Assembly: GCA_965207735.1 (NCBI GenBank)
Contig: OZ242296.1
Coordinates: forward strand, 2,560,001-2,624,000
Direction of reading: 5' to 3'
DNA length: 64,000 nt
DNA from: Candidatus Versatilivorator sp.
GTDB taxonomy: Bacteria > Acidobacteriota > Terriglobia > Versatilivoradales > Versatilivoraceae
Each line of letters begins with the position of its first letter. The stretch's first letter is position 1. The position numbers were made by a program, and so were the translations under genes. Positions 8,727 through 18,300 of this stretch are shown here, piece after piece. The notes beneath the pieces were generated by a model. It made no database searches and was not told where the DNA came from. It worked only from the letters and a program-made list of their open reading frames with translations.

Positions 8727-10655
8727 CCGAAGTTCCTCCCATTTTACACCCAAAAAATCGCCTTAAGCCATTTGTTTTCTTGGGGAAGAGGATTGAGGCG
8801 TGTGGAGTGTTGTTCCCATGTATATGATTAGCATTTATCTTGACATGATAGTTGTATGTGATATCGTAGTCCCATGTACGTCGAAACCGTCCCCAACCGC
8901 AACTCTCCCCCTGCCATCCTCCTGCGCGAAGGCCGCCGTGAGGGTAAAAAGGTCCATAAACGCACCCTGGCCAATCTCTCCCATTGGCCCAAGGACAAGA
9001 TCGAGCGCCTCCGGCGCGTGCTCAAGAACGAACCCCTGGTCCATCCCGACCAACTCTTCGCCATCGAACGCTCCCTGCCTCATGGCCACGTCGAGTTGCT
9101 GCTGGAAGTGGTGCGGCAGCTGAAGCTGCCGGCGCTGATCGATTCCCGACCCTCTCCCCAACGGGACCGGGTCTTGGCCATGATCCTGCAGCGTCTGCTC
9201 TATCCGGCCTCCAAGCTGGCCACCACCCGTCTTTGGCACACCACCACGTTGGGTGAGGAACTGTCCCTTGAGGACACCGACGAGGACGATCTCTATGAGG
9301 CCATGGACTGGTTGCTGGAGCGTCAGGACCGGATTGAGCGCAAGCTGGCCAAGCGGCACCTGGCGGAAGGGGATGCGGTGCTCTATGACGTCAGCAGCAG
9401 TTACTACGAAGGCCAGACCTGCTCGCTGATGCAGTTCGGCCACAACCGGGACGGCAGGCGGGACCGGCCCATGGTGGTCTACGGGGTGCTGGCCGACCAG
9501 ATGGGGCGGCCGCTGTCGGTGCAGGCCTATGCCGGCAACACGGGGGATCCGACCACGGTGGGGGATCAGGTGGAGAAGGTGCGGGGTCGGTTTGGTCTGG
9601 AGCGGGTGGTGCTGGTGGGGGACCGCGGGCTGCTGACCGAGACGCAGATCAGCCATCTGAAGCGTCATCCGGGAGTGGGGTGGGTCTCAGCCCTGCGCCA
9701 CCACCAGATACGCCGTCTGGTGGAGAGCGAGGCGGTTCAGCTCTCCCTGTTCGACGAGCGTCATCTGGCCGAAGTCCGCAGCCCGGACTATCCGGGCGAG
9801 AGGCTCATCGTCTGCCACAACCCGCTGCTGGCCGAGCATCGGCGGCGGAAGCGGGAGGCTTTGCTGACAGCCACCGAGGAGGCGCTGGCCGGAATCGCCC
9901 GCCAGGTGGCCAGACGGACCCGCACGCCCTTGTCGGCGACCGAGATCGCCGAGAAAGTCGGCCGGGTCAAGAACCGCTTCCAGGTGGCCAAACACTTCCG
10001 GACCCAGATCGCAGACGGGTCCTTCCACTATGAACGGCGCACCGACGCCATCATCCGGGAGGCGCAACTGGACGGGTTCTACATGCTGAGGACCAGCGAG
10101 CCAGCCGATCGCCTGCCAACAGCCGCGGTGGTGCGCCGCTACAAGGACCTGACGCGGGTGGAGCGGGCCTTCCGCTCCCTCAAGACCGTCGACCTGCACA
10201 TCCGCCCCATCCGTCATCGGGTGGAGAGCCGGGTGCGGGCTCATCTGTTCCTGTGCCTGCTGGCCTATTACGTTCAGTGGCATCTGCGGCTGGCCCTGGC
10301 TCCGTTGCTGTTCGATGACGAGGAGTTGGAAGCGGAACGGGCACGGCGAGACCCGGTGCTGGCGGCCCAGCCGTCGGACTCCGCCAAACGGAAGAAGAGC
10401 AAACGCCTCACCGAGGACGGCTTGCCGCTGCAGAGCCTGGAGACGTTGATGGCGCAGATGGCGACGCGGGCCCGCCACCAGTGCCGATTGCCCTCCGAAC
10501 CCGATGGTCCGCGAGTCCAGCGATTGACCGAGCCGACCCCGCTACAGCAAAGGGCCTTCGAGCTCATCAGGATGTTCCCAGGCAAGACAACCTGAGATTC
10601 CTGATTGATGATTGAAGATAAAGGAGTTATCTTGTCGGTGGGTCAGGAACTTCGG
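8727..10655 (+). mobile_element. IS1634-family insertion sequence, copy 2 (complete, 1929 bp)
   Basis: IRs CCGAAGTTCCT / AGGAACTTCGG; followed by ATTAAA (10656-10661), completing a 6-bp target duplication around the dimer. Confidence 0.93.
8874..10595 (+). CDS. IS1634-family DDE transposase (identical copy)
   Basis: Protein identical to 6958..8679. Confidence 0.93.
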   Translation: MYVETVPNRNSPPAILLREGRREGKKVHKRTLANLSHWPKDKIERLRRVLKNEPLVHPDQLFAIERSLPHGHVELLLEVVRQLKLPALIDSRPSPQRDRVLAMILQRLLYPASKLATTRLWHTTTLGEELSLEDTDEDDLYEAMDWLLERQDRIERKLAKRHLAEGDAVLYDVSSSYYEGQTCSLMQFGHNRDGRRDRPMVVYGVLADQMGRPLSVQAYAGNTGDPTTVGDQVEKVRGRFGLERVVLVGDRGLLTETQISHLKRHPGVGWVSALRHHQIRRLVESEAVQLSLFDERHLAEVRSPDYPGERLIVCHNPLLAEHRRRKREALLTATEEALAGIARQVARRTRTPLSATEIAEKVGRVKNRFQVAKHFRTQIADGSFHYERRTDAIIREAQLDGFYMLRTSEPADRLPTAAVVRRYKDLTRVERAFRSLKTVDLHIRPIRHRVESRVRAHLFLCLLAYYVQWHLRLALAPLLFDDEELEAERARRDPVLAAQPSDSAKRKKSKRLTEDGLPLQSLETLMAQMATRARHQCRLPSEPDGPRVQRLTEPTPLQQRAFELIRMFPGKTT

Positions 10656-10661
10656 ATTAAA

Positions 10662-11123
10662 TGAAGACGAACCACGAATGAACACGAATAGACACGAAGA
10701 CGGATAGACCTCCTTGGGTTCGACGATGTCTTTTTTCGGTTGTTTCAGGCCAGCCGGGCCTCCGCCCTGGTGTGCGGATCATGCATAGAGTGAAACAATC
10801 GGAAATCGATCAACCCTTCGCGAACTTGGTACCCCGTCGCGGCCAACCTCAGCGCCTTCGTGTCCCTTCGTGGTCCTTCGTGCCCCTTCGTGGATAAGTC
10901 TTTTGTCTTTTGTCTCTTGTCGGTTGTTTCAGGCCAGCCGGGCCTCCGCCCTGGTGTGCGGATCATGCATAGAGTGAAACAATCGGGAATCGATCAACCC
11001 TTCGCGAACTTGGTACCCCGTCGCGGCCAACCTCAGCGCCTTCGTGTCCCTTCGTCGTTCTTCGTGCCCCTTCGTGGATAAGTCTTTTGTCTTTTGTCTT
11101 TTTTCGGTTGTTTCAGACAAGCC
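10662..11123. repeat. Right half of the 74-bp module plus tandem array of a 184-bp repeat (2 full units and a terminus)
   Basis: CGGTTGTTTCAG recurs at 10737, 10921 and 11105 (period 184); units nearly identical. Confidence 0.9.
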
Positions 11124-11126
11124 GCT

Positions 11127-12842
11127 CTATGTCACTGCCCGGCCTCCATCGGCCAACAGCAGGCTTCCGGCATGGGCGACCAGGTCGGCCAGGTCGATCT
11201 CGGTGATCTTGCCGGTGACACGTTCCACCCACTCCACCTTTCCCAGGGCCAGCTTCCGGCTGCCGAAATTGATTCGAAAAGGAATCCCTACCAGGTCGGC
11301 ATCCTTGAACTTGACCCCGGGACGCTCATTCCGGTCGTCCAGCAGAACCTCGACTCCCAGTTCCTGCAACTTGCGGTAGGCCTTCTCGGCTTCCTGCACC
11401 ACGGCGGCGTCCCTGGCATTGACCACGCAGATCATGCAGTCGAAGGGGGCAATGGAACGTGGCCAGATGATTCCGTCGTCGTCGTGGCCGCTTTCGACGG
11501 CGGCTGCAAGAATCCTTTCGACTCCAATCCCATAGCTCCCCATGACAACGGGAACCTCCCGCCCCTGTGAGTTGAGAACGGTGGCTCCCATGCTCTCCGA
11601 GTACTTGGTTCCCAGCTTGAAAATATGCCCGACCTCCAAGGCCTTGTGGATATTCAGCGGGGAGCGGCATCGGGGGCAGGCTTCTCCCGCCTGGACCACA
11701 CGCAAGTCAAAATACTCGGCCTGGTAGTCCCGCCCGGGAGTCACACCGGAGAGGTGAAAGTCGTTCCGGTTGGCCCCACAGGTCAGATTCCGTCTTCCCT
11801 GCAGGGCATGGTCGGAAAGAATACGCAGGCCCGCAACCTTTACCGGACCCAGCGAACCGGCATCTGCGCCCGCCACCGCCAGAATTTCCTCCGGCAGGGC
11901 CGGGCGGGCTTCGCCCCCCAGCACCGCATGCAGCTTGGCTTCATTGAGTTGGTGGTCGCCTCGCACCAGAACCAGCAAGGATTGGTCCCCAAACCGATAG
12001 ATGAGGGACTTGATCTGGCGGGAAGCCGAAACTCCCAGAAACCGCACAATGTCGTCAATGGTTTTCTGGCCGGGGGTGGCGACCGGCTGGGGTGTTTCGG
12101 GCCCGGCTTCATCCTGCGCCGGTTCCAGTTCCGAGGTCGCCTTTTCCAGATTGGCCGCGTAACCGCAGGCGCAGTAGACAACCATGTCCTCGCCTGCCTC
12201 AGTCAGGACCATGAATTCATGAGACTGGCTCCCACCCATCATGCCACTGCTGGCTTCGACCACGCGATACCGGAGCCCGCAACGGTCGTAGATTCGACAA
12301 TAGAGGTCGTAGTGCTTTCGATAGCTCCGATCCAAGCCCTCCCAGTCGACATCGAACGAGTAGGAGTCTTTCATGGTGAACTGACGCACACGAAGCAAGC
12401 CCGACTTGGGCCGAGGCTCGTCCCTGAACTTGGTCTGGATCTGGTACCAGATCTGGGGCAGTTGGCGATAAGAGCGGAGCTCGTTGCGGGCGATGGATGC
12501 AAAAACCTCCTCATGCGTCATGCCCAGGCACATGTCCCGGTCGGAGCGGTCCTTGAGACGAAACATGTTCGGCCCCATGCCCTCCCAACGGCCGCTTTCC
12601 TGCCAGATTTCAGCCGGGTGCAGGGCGGGCAGCGCGAATTCCTGGGCGCCCATGCGATCGAGTTCGTCCCTGATGATCCGGGTGATCTTGAGCACCACCC
12701 GCTGGGCCAGGGGCAGGTAGGAATAAATCCCCGAGGCCAGTTGCCGAATGTATCCCCCGCGTAGGAGCAGAATATGGCTCGGCACCTCGGCCTCGGCAGG
12801 GGCTTCTCTCAGAGTAGGGATAAAGGCTTGGCTCCAGCGCAT
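11127..12842 (-). CDS. proS: Proline--tRNA ligase
   Basis: [32 protein letters not shown] and MGSYGIG motifs; internal editing domain; 571 aa. Confidence 0.97.
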   Translation of the reverse strand: MRWSQAFIPTLREAPAEAEVPSHILLLRGGYIRQLASGIYSYLPLAQRVVLKITRIIRDELDRMGAQEFALPALHPAEIWQESGRWEGMGPNMFRLKDRSDRDMCLGMTHEEVFASIARNELRSYRQLPQIWYQIQTKFRDEPRPKSGLLRVRQFTMKDSYSFDVDWEGLDRSYRKHYDLYCRIYDRCGLRYRVVEASSGMMGGSQSHEFMVLTEAGEDMVVYCACGYAANLEKATSELEPAQDEAGPETPQPVATPGQKTIDDIVRFLGVSASRQIKSLIYRFGDQSLLVLVRGDHQLNEAKLHAVLGGEARPALPEEILAVAGADAGSLGPVKVAGLRILSDHALQGRRNLTCGANRNDFHLSGVTPGRDYQAEYFDLRVVQAGEACPRCRSPLNIHKALEVGHIFKLGTKYSESMGATVLNSQGREVPVVMGSYGIGVERILAAAVESGHDDDGIIWPRSIAPFDCMICVVNARDAAVVQEAEKAYRKLQELGVEVLLDDRNERPGVKFKDADLVGIPFRINFGSRKLALGKVEWVERVTGKITEIDLADLVAHAGSLLLADGGRAVT

Positions 12843-13202
12843 TCCGACTCCTCAAATGGAATGTCCAACCCGTTGGACCGTCGGCGCTCGGCGCGAAGGG
12901 CTACCGAATTGTTCCTGCACAGCGCCGTTCGATGTCCCGCTAAGCCCATGGATCTTCCCACTGACAACCGGGCAAATGAAGGACGACGTAGAAGATAGCA
13001 TATTTGACGGCAAAAGATTCGGAGCCGTCCTGAATTCCCGAAAAGCCCCACCAGAAGCGGGAAGAGAGCCAATTCCCTTCTATAATTGGTTTGTCAGCAT
13101 CCGGTTTGTTGGTTAACATTTGAACTCGGAGATGCTGGTCCCGGACGCGTGCGAACCCGGCCCGGCGTGGCGGCAACCATCCATTCTCAGAGGGCACTGT
13201 CC

Positions 13203-14483
13203 GTGACGATCAACCCCGAACTCGAAAGAAGCCTTGCCTGCGTCGACCCGCGGGTTTCCGAGGCCATCGACCGGGAAACCCGGCGTCAAGCCAACCAACT
13301 GGAACTGATTGCCTCCGAGAATTTCGTGAGCGAGGCCGTCCTGGAAGCCACCGGGAGCGTGTTCACCAACAAGTACGCGGAGGGCTACCCCGGTCGGCGC
13401 TACTACGGGGGCTGCGAGTTTACCGACGTGGTGGAGCAGTTGGCCATAGACAGGGCCAAGCAATTGTTTGGCGCAGAACATGCCAACGTGCAACCCCACT
13501 CCGGAACTCAAGCCAACGTAGCGGTATACATGACGGCGTTGAAGCCCGGGGAGACCATTCTCGGAATGGATCTGTCCCACGGGGGGCACCTCACTCACGG
13601 CCATCCACTGAACTTCTCCGGCAGAATGTATGGCATCGTTCCCTATGGGGTCCGCAAGGACACGGAAACGATCGATTACGACGCCCTGGCTGCACTGGCC
13701 CTGGAGAACCGGCCCAAGCTCATCGTGGCTGGAGCCAGCGCCTACCCCCGCGAAATCGACTTCAAGCGAATGGGGGAGATCGCTCGCCAAAGCGGCGCCC
13801 TGCTGATGGCCGACATGGCCCACATTGCCGGCCTGGTGGCCGTCGGGGAGCACCCCAGTCCGGTTCCCCACTGCGATTTCGTGACCACCACCACCCACAA
13901 GACCCTGCGGGGACCGCGCGGCGGCATGATCCTCTGCCGGAAGGCTTATGCCAAGAACCTGAACCGCCTGCTGTTTCCGGGGACCCAGGGCGGGCCCCTG
14001 GTGCATGTCGTGGCTGCCAAGGCCGTCTGTCTTCAGGAAGCCCTGCAACCCGACTTCGGGCGTTATATCCGACAGGTCAAGCGAAATGCCTCGGCGCTGG
14101 CCGCCAGCATTCTGGAGAGCGGCTACCGGCTGGTGTCCGGGGGAACCGATACTCACCTGATTCTGGTCGATGTCTTCTCCAAGGGAATCACCGGCAAACA
14201 GGCGGAACTCGCCCTGGACCAGGCCGGAATCACCGTCAACAAGAACACGATCCCTTTCGACACCCACCCCCCCCTGGTGACCAGTGGGATACGATTGGGC
14301 ACTCCCGCGCTCACTTCCCGGGGCATGGGCGAATCCGAAATGCACCTCATCGGCCAGTGGATCGGAGAGGTGCTGGACCAGGTTGAGGACGTAGAGGTCC
14401 GGAAGAAGATCCGTTCTCGAGTCGGAGAACTCTCGGAGCAGTTTCCCCTCTACGCATCCAGGCTGGCTCCTTCCGCGGTCTGA
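13203..14483 (+). CDS. glyA: Serine hydroxymethyltransferase
   Basis: [22 protein letters not shown] and [14 protein letters not shown] motifs; GTG start inferred. Confidence 0.97.
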   Translation: MTINPELERSLACVDPRVSEAIDRETRRQANQLELIASENFVSEAVLEATGSVFTNKYAEGYPGRRYYGGCEFTDVVEQLAIDRAKQLFGAEHANVQPHSGTQANVAVYMTALKPGETILGMDLSHGGHLTHGHPLNFSGRMYGIVPYGVRKDTETIDYDALAALALENRPKLIVAGASAYPREIDFKRMGEIARQSGALLMADMAHIAGLVAVGEHPSPVPHCDFVTTTTHKTLRGPRGGMILCRKAYAKNLNRLLFPGTQGGPLVHVVAAKAVCLQEALQPDFGRYIRQVKRNASALAASILESGYRLVSGGTDTHLILVDVFSKGITGKQAELALDQAGITVNKNTIPFDTHPPLVTSGIRLGTPALTSRGMGESEMHLIGQWIGEVLDQVEDVEVRKKIRSRVGELSEQFPLYASRLAPSAV

Positions 14484-14627
14484 AGGCAGGTCTGAGACTT
14501 CTCAGCGCCGGATTCCGACGCTCTCGACCGGATCAACCCCCATTGCACCGGGTCGCCGGATCCGGGATAAATCGAAATAGTCGCACCGTCGGAGAACGCA
14601 CTGCGTTTCCCGGCAAAGGTAGCCGAA

Positions 14628-15257
14628 ATGATATTTGAACAGGTAGCCGTGGGGCCCTTGCAATGCAACTGCTACATACTGGGGTGTGAAGAATCGCGAG
14701 AGGCACTGGTGATAGACCCCGGGGACGAGGTGGAATTGATTCTTCCTCTGATCGAGAAGCATGGCTTGAGGGTCAGGTATCTGCTCAGCACTCACGCCCA
14801 CCTTGACCACGTGGGAGATCTGGAGGCGATGAAGGAGCAGACAGGCGCACAGGTTCTGTTGCACGAACGAGATCTGACCTTGTACCAAAACCTGCCGATG
14901 CAGGCCTCCTGGATGGGGCTGTCAACGCCACCCACCACCGAGATCGACCATTTTGTCCACCAGGGCGATCGCGTCTCATTCGGGCGGCACTCCGGCGAAG
15001 TACTCTTCACTCCGGGCCACACGCCCGGGAGCCTCTGCCTGCACCTCCCGGAGCAAGCAGGCCGGCTGTTTGCGGGAGACACACTGTTTCAAATGGGTAT
15101 CGGAAGAACGGATCTCTGGGGAGGCTCCTACAAGGACATCATCGAATCCATACGGAACCGTCTCCTGCAACTGGACGACAGTACCCTGGTTTACCCCGGC
15201 CACGGTCCAGCCACGACCATCGGGGAGGAAAAACGACTCAACCCGTTTCTGAAATAG
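14628..15257 (+). CDS. MBL-fold metallo-hydrolase (glyoxalase II/YcbL-like)
   Basis: THAHLDH, TPGHTPGS, GDTLF and YPGHG motifs. Confidence 0.92.
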   Translation: MIFEQVAVGPLQCNCYILGCEESREALVIDPGDEVELILPLIEKHGLRVRYLLSTHAHLDHVGDLEAMKEQTGAQVLLHERDLTLYQNLPMQASWMGLSTPPTTEIDHFVHQGDRVSFGRHSGEVLFTPGHTPGSLCLHLPEQAGRLFAGDTLFQMGIGRTDLWGGSYKDIIESIRNRLLQLDDSTLVYPGHGPATTIGEEKRLNPFLK

Positions 15258-15418
15258 AATCGACCGGGGCGGCTACCCCCCTGCCCCCCGAACGCAGGCG
15301 CACGACCCGCATTTCTCCCGGGGCCGCTGGGAGCATCCTGAAAAAAGATAGTTTTCAGGAGTCGTTGGGAAGACTTGCGAGAACAGACAGCGGGACAGTC
15401 TCCGGAACGTCGGGGCTC

Positions 15419-16333
15419 TCAAAGGACGGATCTGACCGCTTTTTCCAGAGTTCCCCGATCCTGGTAGTTGACGAAGTGGTGGCGAATCAACCCGTCCTCA
15501 TCCACCAGAAACAGACTGGGGAACAACTGGATCCCTCCGTAGGCCTCCTGAACTTCCGCGGAAAGATGACCCACTGGAAAATTGATCTTGTGCTTGTCCA
15601 GATAGGCGGCACGCTCCGAATCCGGGTACCCCAGGTCCAAGACCCGGTCGGCATTCAGACCGATGACGGTAAAGTTCCGCGGTCCGAACTGTTCCTGCAG
15701 GGAGACCAGGTGGGGAGTGATCTTGACGCAGGGGGGGCAGTGGGTAAACCAGAAGTAGACCAGGCGGGTCCCTTGGCTGGAATCGAGGCTGAGCTCGTCC
15801 CCGTCCAGAAGCCGGACGGTGAATTGCGGCGCCTTCTTCCCTTCCCAACCGGCGATGGAGCGTTCGATGACCTCGTTGAACCGGGGATCCGCCTGGATTC
15901 GCTCCAGGTCCACCGAGGCAATCTCGCCGCTTTCCGGGTCTCTCTTGAAAAATTGGGGCACCCTCCGATCGTACTCGACGATCCGGAGAATCACGTCGAC
16001 CTCACCCGCGACCCGCAGGTTGAATTGCTCGGCGATTTCGCGAAGCCGGGGCGGTTTTTGGTTGGCGGCATAGTATTGGGCCACGAAGTGAGGCACCTTG
16101 AAGAAAATGTTATAGAGCCGACTGAGGACCCTGCGCTCCTCGGGCTCGGTGAAACGCTGGTGCAGCTCCGTAACCAGCACGGGCCGGCCCGGCTCGAGGT
16201 GGGTCTTCAGAAATCCGATGATCCTCTCCTCGGCGGCCCGTTCCCTGTCTTGAAGGTCGTCCGACGCCGAGGTTCCGACCAAGAGGAACAAGCACAGGCC
16301 CAACGTCATCATTTGCTTTAAGATCCCGATCAT
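15419..16333 (-). CDS. TlpA/ResA-type thioredoxin-fold protein with N-terminal extra domain
   Basis: YFWFTHCPPC, IGLNAD and FPSLFLVD motifs; signal-like N-terminus. Confidence 0.8.
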   Translation of the reverse strand: MIGILKQMMTLGLCLFLLVGTSASDDLQDRERAAEERIIGFLKTHLEPGRPVLVTELHQRFTEPEERRVLSRLYNIFFKVPHFVAQYYAANQKPPRLREIAEQFNLRVAGEVDVILRIVEYDRRVPQFFKRDPESGEIASVDLERIQADPRFNEVIERSIAGWEGKKAPQFTVRLLDGDELSLDSSQGTRLVYFWFTHCPPCVKITPHLVSLQEQFGPRNFTVIGLNADRVLDLGYPDSERAAYLDKHKINFPVGHLSAEVQEAYGGIQLFPSLFLVDEDGLIRHHFVNYQDRGTLEKAVRSVL

Positions 16334-16399
16334 TTCAACCTCTTTCGCGACGCTCTCAATGATTATGCAACAAAGACAGGCGCACTGCCAGGGGGAAGG

Positions 16400-16792
16400 A
16401 TGTCTCCAGTGGACTTAGCAAGCAAGCCTCACCCGGACGACTTCTATCGGGGACTGGAACTCTTCAACCGCCGTTTCTATTACGAATGCCACGACCTTTG
16501 GGAGGAGGTGTGGGCCGAGGCCAAAGGCAAGGAAAAGCTTTTCTATCAAGCCCTCATCATGTCGGCGGTGTCGCTCTACCACTACGGCAACGAGAATCTG
16601 GAAGGAGCACTGAGCTGCCACCGCAAGTCAAGGGAGCGGTTCCGCCAACTCCCCGACCGCTTTATGCGCCTCGATATCTCGCAGTTCGTGGCCGAGATGG
16701 AGGCCTTCTACCACGGCCTGTCCGCCGAGCATACCCGTTGGAACCAGGAACTGCGGGACAGACCGCGCCCCACCATTCAACTGGATAGCTGA
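16400..16792 (+). CDS. DUF309 family protein
   Basis: GLELFN..FYYECHDLWEEVW and FYQALI..AVSLYH pattern. Confidence 0.85.
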   Translation: MSPVDLASKPHPDDFYRGLELFNRRFYYECHDLWEEVWAEAKGKEKLFYQALIMSAVSLYHYGNENLEGALSCHRKSRERFRQLPDRFMRLDISQFVAEMEAFYHGLSAEHTRWNQELRDRPRPTIQLDS

Positions 16793-16813
16793 GCCGGGCT
16801 TAAGCACCATCCC

Positions 16814-17914
16814 TCACGCAGCGGCGACACGGTCGACCGGCCGGTAGAGAGTGTCCCGTTCAATCGGTTCCCGACCCGATTCCCGGATGAGGTGCTCGAT
16901 TTCCGCGCGCGTCAGGCCGACGGGAGTCTGAGCCCCCGCCATGTGAACGATCTTTTCTTCAACCACCGTCCCATCCAGGTCATCGGCCCCATAGTGAAGT
17001 CCAATTTGGGCAGTCTTGGCCCCGATCATGATCCAATAGGCCTTGATATGGGGGAAATTGTCCAGCAGGAGACGACTGACCGCGATGGTTCGAAGGTCCA
17101 GCATGGCGGTAGGCGCCGGCAGATGATCCAGTTGCGTATTCGCCGGGTGGAAAGCCAGCGGAATGAAACATTGAAATCCCCGTGTCTCGTCCTGCAACTC
17201 CCTCAACCGGATCAGGTGGTCGACTCGATCCTCCACGGTTTCCACATGTCCGTAGAGCATGGTGGCATTGGACTTCAATCCGCAGAGGTGCACCCTCCTG
17301 GCGATCTCGAGCCAGCGTTGGCCCGACACCTTGTGGTCACAAATGAGGTCGCGGGGACGCTCGGCAAAGATCTCGGCCCCTCCCCCGGGGCAGCTGTCCA
17401 TTCCCGCCTCCCGAAGAGCCTGTATGGTCTCATCGACGGACAACTTGGCCCGGCGGGACAGGAAATCGATCTCAACCATGGTGAAGGCCTTGAGATGAAC
17501 CTTCGGAAAACGTTCCTTCAATCCACGGAGAAGGTCGGTGTAGTAGGAGAAGGGTAGATAGGGGTGAAGGCCACCCACGATGTGAAACTCGGTCACCGAC
17601 TCGCTATACCCCATGGAGGCGTGATGATAGGCCTCCTCCAGCGACATGGTGTAGCCGCCCTTGCCGGGTTTGCGGGCAAATCCGCAGAACTTGCAGTCAA
17701 CCACGCAGACGTTGGTGGGATTCAGATGGCGATTGACGTTGAAATACCCGACGTTCCCATTCCATTTTTCCCGAACCCGGTTGGCCAGAGCCCCCACGGT
17801 ATGGAGGTCCGAAGTCCGATAAAGCGTGACGCCTTCCTCGAACGACAATCTCTCCCCGGAGAAAACCTTGTCGCTGATCCGTGAAAGCTCGGAGCTCATT
17901 TGACGAGTGTTCAA
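16814..17914 (-). CDS. mqnE: Aminofutalosine synthase (radical SAM, futalosine menaquinone pathway)
   Basis: NPTNVCVVDCKFC, HIVGGLHP, PGGGAEIF, SNATMLYGH and HIKAYWIM motifs. Confidence 0.88.
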   Translation of the reverse strand: MNTRQMSSELSRISDKVFSGERLSFEEGVTLYRTSDLHTVGALANRVREKWNGNVGYFNVNRHLNPTNVCVVDCKFCGFARKPGKGGYTMSLEEAYHHASMGYSESVTEFHIVGGLHPYLPFSYYTDLLRGLKERFPKVHLKAFTMVEIDFLSRRAKLSVDETIQALREAGMDSCPGGGAEIFAERPRDLICDHKVSGQRWLEIARRVHLCGLKSNATMLYGHVETVEDRVDHLIRLRELQDETRGFQCFIPLAFHPANTQLDHLPAPTAMLDLRTIAVSRLLLDNFPHIKAYWIMIGAKTAQIGLHYGADDLDGTVVEEKIVHMAGAQTPVGLTRAEIEHLIRESGREPIERDTLYRPVDRVAAA

Positions 17915-18089
17915 CTGCCGACCCTCCCTCTGATCTGCCCGCGAATGCTACCGCGGAACCCCTAACTCCATTATGATATAGACGTTAGATGGTAGCGGAT
18001 TCCGGAGATCGTGTCACGAAATCATTGATCATCGCAAATGCGCACCGGACCATCGCCCGAGCCTGATTCCTGTGCAGCGGCGTCACGGT

Positions 18090-18238
18090 CTGTTAATCCT
18101 GTCTATCCTGTCCATCCATGTTCTCTTGGTATTTTTTCGTGCCCCTTCGTCGTCCTTCCTGTCCCTTCGTGGATATCTCTTGGTCCTTCGTGAGTCGAGA
18201 GCCGACGAGTCCTACCCCTGGTCGGAAATGCGGGTTAG
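18090..18238. repeat. Intergenic short-repeat cluster plus MITE TIR remnant
   Basis: AATCCTGTCTATCCTGTCCATCCATGTT and TTCGTGCCCCTTCGT...TTCGTGGATA as in the other repeat loci; CCCCTGGTCGGAAATGCGGGTTAG at 18215-18238. Confidence 0.7.
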
Positions 18239-18300
18239 TGGTGGAAAACCGGTGTCCGCCAGCCTATAATTACGGCTGATTCCGACTCCAGAGGAGCAGC

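Noticed and set aside
10727-11123. CRISPR array interpretation of the tandem repeats (also 37411-37826)
   Set aside because: Whole ~184-bp units are repeated with no unique spacers, and there are no cas genes in the window
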